Origin: an uncultured Verrucomicrobiae bacterium
GTDB taxonomy: Bacteria; Verrucomicrobiota; Verrucomicrobiia; Limisphaerales; Palsa-1400
NCBI GenBank assembly: GCA_963764165.1
Contig: CAVXRD010000002.1
Coordinates: 1,056,001 to 1,120,000 of the forward strand
Direction: 5' to 3'
Length of the DNA stretch: 64,000 nucleotides
The notes under the pieces were generated by a model. The model saw only the letters and a list, made by a program, of their open reading frames with translations, was not told where the DNA came from and ran no database searches. The position numbers and the translations under genes were made by a program. Positions 61,402 through 64,000 of the stretch are shown here, one piece after another. How positions within the stretch are numbered: position 1 is the first letter of the stretch; each line of letters starts with the position of its first letter.

Positions 61402-62181
61402 TTATCGAACGAACTCCTTGTAAAACGTCGCTGCCGCAATGATGAATCCGATGGCGGTGACAATCTGCCGCACGCGAGCCTGGGAAATGCGCTGGGAATA
61501 ATGGGCGCCCAAATAATATCCCGCCACCGCCCCCACCGTCATGATGGCCGCGCGCGGCCAGTCAATCAAACCCGCGCCAATAAACCAAAGCGCGGCCATG
61601 AGATTGATGAGCGAGCCGAGAATGGTCTTGAGCGTGTTCATCTCGTAGATGTTGCGCATCCCGATGAAGCCCAGCGTGGCGAGCATCAAAATGCCAATGC
61701 CCGCGCCGAAGTAGCCTCCGTAGATGGCGACAATAAATTGAAAAAGGACCGCCCCCCAAACGTGCATGGGCTTTTCATCCTTTTTGGCGTCGCTCTGCGA
61801 ACTTGCGTAGCGCCGGAAAAAGCCCTGGGCCAGAAAAATTAGCGTCGCGAACAAAATCAGGAACGGCACCAATTTGGAGAACGTCGCGCTGCTGGTGCGC
61901 GTCAAAAGCGCGCTGCCGATCAACCCGCCCGCCACGCTCACCGGCAAAAATCGTTTCAGCAGCGGCATCACCGCCTTCGTGTATTGCCGATTCCCAAACA
62001 TCCCGCCACTGGTGCCAATGACTAGCGCCAAGGTGCTGGTGGCATTGGCAGTTACGGACGGAGTGCCAAACGCAAGAAGGGTCGGGAAGGTTAGGAGCGT
62101 GCCTCCCCCCGCGACGGCATTCACCGCCCCGCCACCAACGGCGGAAGCGACCAGCCCGACTATTTCCGCCGCAGTTAGCAT
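61402..62181 (-). CDS. TauE/SafE (sulfite exporter) family membrane protein
   Basis: Motifs NAVAGGGTLLTFP, ANATS, YGGYFGAGIG, N.LK. Confidence 0.88.
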   Translation of the reverse strand: MLTAAEIVGLVASAVGGGAVNAVAGGGTLLTFPTLLAFGTPSVTANATSTLALVIGTSGGMFGNRQYTKAVMPLLKRFLPVSVAGGLIGSALLTRTSSATFSKLVPFLILFATLIFLAQGFFRRYASSQSDAKKDEKPMHVWGAVLFQFIVAIYGGYFGAGIGILMLATLGFIGMRNIYEMNTLKTILGSLINLMAALWFIGAGLIDWPRAAIMTVGAVAGYYLGAHYSQRISQARVRQIVTAIGFIIAAATFYKEFVR

Positions 62182-62301
62182 TCCAGATTAAACAATTGGG
62201 TGGAAGAACTGGCCAGCGCCATCACTTTAATCAATAGAATACCGCGTTTTTTCAATTACCACCTCGGCCAAGTATCAGTGTATGCTCTGCGAATCAATTT
62301 T

Positions 62302-63855
62302 ATGAAACAATTTTTCCTTGCGATTATTTCGGCACTGGCCATCGGGATGTCGTCATCGGTTCAAGGCCAAACCGGATCGGGCGGCGGATTCAATTACAGC
62401 GTCAATGCCGCCAATACCAACACCATCACACTCACCCTTTATACGGGAGGCAGCAATCAGGTCGTGGTCCCGGCCAGCATCAATGGCCTGACTGTCTCCG
62501 GGCTTTCGAACGGAACAAGTTCTGTCTTTCCGCACACCGTCGCCAAGGTGACCATTTCCAGCGGCGTGGCCAGCGTCGGGGAATACGCCTTTTCGAGTTG
62601 CTCCAGCTTGACCAACGTGACCGTTCCGGTCAGCGTCACAAATATCGGTTATGAGGCGTTTTTTAATTGCGGCAACCTGGCGACGGCCACCATTCCTGGA
62701 AATCTCACGAACTTCAATTTCAGCACCGAGTTTTACGAATGCTACAAATTGACGAATATCATTTTTGCCAACGGCTCGACCAGCATCGCCGCGTCTGAAC
62801 TGGCCAGCGACTTTGCCCTCACTGGCGTCACCATTCCGAATACAGTCACCAATATTGGCGCGAAGGCGTTTGGGCAATGCCCCTTCCTGGCCAGCGTCTC
62901 CATTCCCGCCAGCGTGGTTGTGATTGGGGCAAATGCATTCTACGGATGCCCGAAATTGTCGGCCATCAACGTGGATCCGCTCAACGCGAATTACAGCAGC
63001 ATCGCGGGCGTGTTGTTCGACAAGGCCGGATTGAACCTCGTCGCATATCCGGGCGGCAAAGGGAGCACTTACGCCGTGCCGAATGGCGTCACCAATATCG
63101 ACTTCGGCGCGTTCAGCGGGTCAGGCGTGGCCACTCTGACGATTCCGGGAACTGTCGCAAACGTGGCGTCGTTCACATTCGAGGCATGCACCAGCCTGAC
63201 CAATGTGACGATGCAGAGCGGCGTGTTGAATGTGGGGCAATCCGCGTTTCAAAATTGCACGGCCCTCGCCGCCGTTACGATTCCCGATACCGTTACTAAC
63301 ATTGGCCAGGCTGCCTTTGCTGCGTGCGACGATCTGTCCATGCTTTCCCTGGGCAGCGGAGTTGCGAACATTGGCGCCGGGGCCTTTGACTATGATGGCA
63401 TCACCAACCTTTTTTTATCCAGCGCCGTGACGAATCTGGGAGTCGAAGCCTTTTTCCAGTGCGAGAGTCTGTCAAGCGTTTACTTCCTTGGGAACGCGCC
63501 AGCGGCGGATTCCACTTCGTTTTCAGGCTGCCCGGCGACCCTTTATTATATGCCCGGCACGACCGGCTGGAGCACCTTCGCCAGTCAGACAGGATACGAA
63601 CCGATTTTATGGAACCCAGTCATCCAGACGGCCGACGGCAATTTCGGCGTGCGCAGCAATCAATTTGGCTTCGACATAACCGGGGCGAACAATTTTACAG
63701 TTCTGGTGGAAGCTTGCACCAACCTGGCCAATCCCGTGTGGACGCCGCTCCAGACCGTGACCCTGTCCAACGGGGCCAGTTATTTCAGTGATCCGCAATG
63801 GACGAATTATCCGGCGCGTTATTACGGGCTGGGATTGCCGGGAGGACCACCTTGA
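62302..63855 (+). CDS. BspA-type leucine-rich repeat (LRR_5) secreted protein
   Basis: Signal peptide; IP..VTNIG..AF..C repeats; C-terminal FGFDI...ACTNL...WTPL...YFSDP...RYY. Confidence 0.9.
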   Translation: MKQFFLAIISALAIGMSSSVQGQTGSGGGFNYSVNAANTNTITLTLYTGGSNQVVVPASINGLTVSGLSNGTSSVFPHTVAKVTISSGVASVGEYAFSSCSSLTNVTVPVSVTNIGYEAFFNCGNLATATIPGNLTNFNFSTEFYECYKLTNIIFANGSTSIAASELASDFALTGVTIPNTVTNIGAKAFGQCPFLASVSIPASVVVIGANAFYGCPKLSAINVDPLNANYSSIAGVLFDKAGLNLVAYPGGKGSTYAVPNGVTNIDFGAFSGSGVATLTIPGTVANVASFTFEACTSLTNVTMQSGVLNVGQSAFQNCTALAAVTIPDTVTNIGQAAFAACDDLSMLSLGSGVANIGAGAFDYDGITNLFLSSAVTNLGVEAFFQCESLSSVYFLGNAPAADSTSFSGCPATLYYMPGTTGWSTFASQTGYEPILWNPVIQTADGNFGVRSNQFGFDITGANNFTVLVEACTNLANPVWTPLQTVTLSNGASYFSDPQWTNYPARYYGLGLPGGPP

Positions 63856-64000
63856 GAAGGGGCGTGGCGAATCATCCGCTGGAGAATCTCGGTCGTGACC
63901 GGCTTTACCAGATAATCACTCACGCCCAACGAGCGCGCTCTTTCCATATCTTTGACATTTTCGGAGCCGGTTAAAATGACAACTTGGATGTGATTGAAAA
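63822..64000 (-). CDS. Response regulator receiver protein, C-terminal part (5' end outside the window)
   Basis: Not in the ORF track. Manual translation FNHIQVVILTGSENVKDMERARSLGVSDYLVKPVTTEIL...PSP*. Confidence 0.8.
   Translation of the reverse strand, partial: FNHIQVVILTGSENVKDMERARSLGVSDYLVKPVTTEILQRMIRHAPSQGGPPGNPSP

Overview
GC-rich bacterial chromosomal window. Several features point to Verrucomicrobiota (subdivision 3 / Pedosphaera-like): a VPEP-type PEP-CTERM tail, a prepilin/H-X9-DG protein, an STK-linked ECF sigma, RNase HIII and secreted proteins with a STNL..W..P C-terminal domain. This taxonomic call is inference. Housekeeping and metabolic genes include trpS, apgM, nadB, rnhC, thiC with a TPP riboswitch, and a HisJ-type PHP phosphatase. 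There is also a urate-to-allantoate catabolic cluster (uricase, fused OHCU decarboxylase-HIU hydrolase, allantoate amidohydrolase, allantoinase), a kaiC-kaiB-PAS histidine kinase operon, a RelB-like/MazF toxin-antitoxin pair, and many secreted or surface proteins (two BspA-type LRR proteins, a 1.2-kaa heparinase-like protein, a GH50-like hydrolase, an octaheme cytochrome). Several families of short palindromic REP-like repeats lie between genes. Most notable observations: (1) a Ser/Thr kinase fused to a degenerate zincin-like domain and a frameshifted FecR-like domain, beside an ECF sigma factor; (2) a ~155-nt rod-shaped, 6S-like ncRNA candidate with its own terminator at 52.4-52.6 kb; (3) a mosaic scar at 46.1-46.5 kb built from diverged pieces of two neighbouring genes; (4) a stand-alone OvoA-type methyltransferase, missing from the ORF track, in an apparent operon with a PHP phosphatase and an M29-like peptidase; (5) a Kai operon with a possible kaiB remnant. 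No tRNA, rRNA, CRISPR array, integrase or transposase was seen. All family calls come from motif recognition by eye; no database searches were run.
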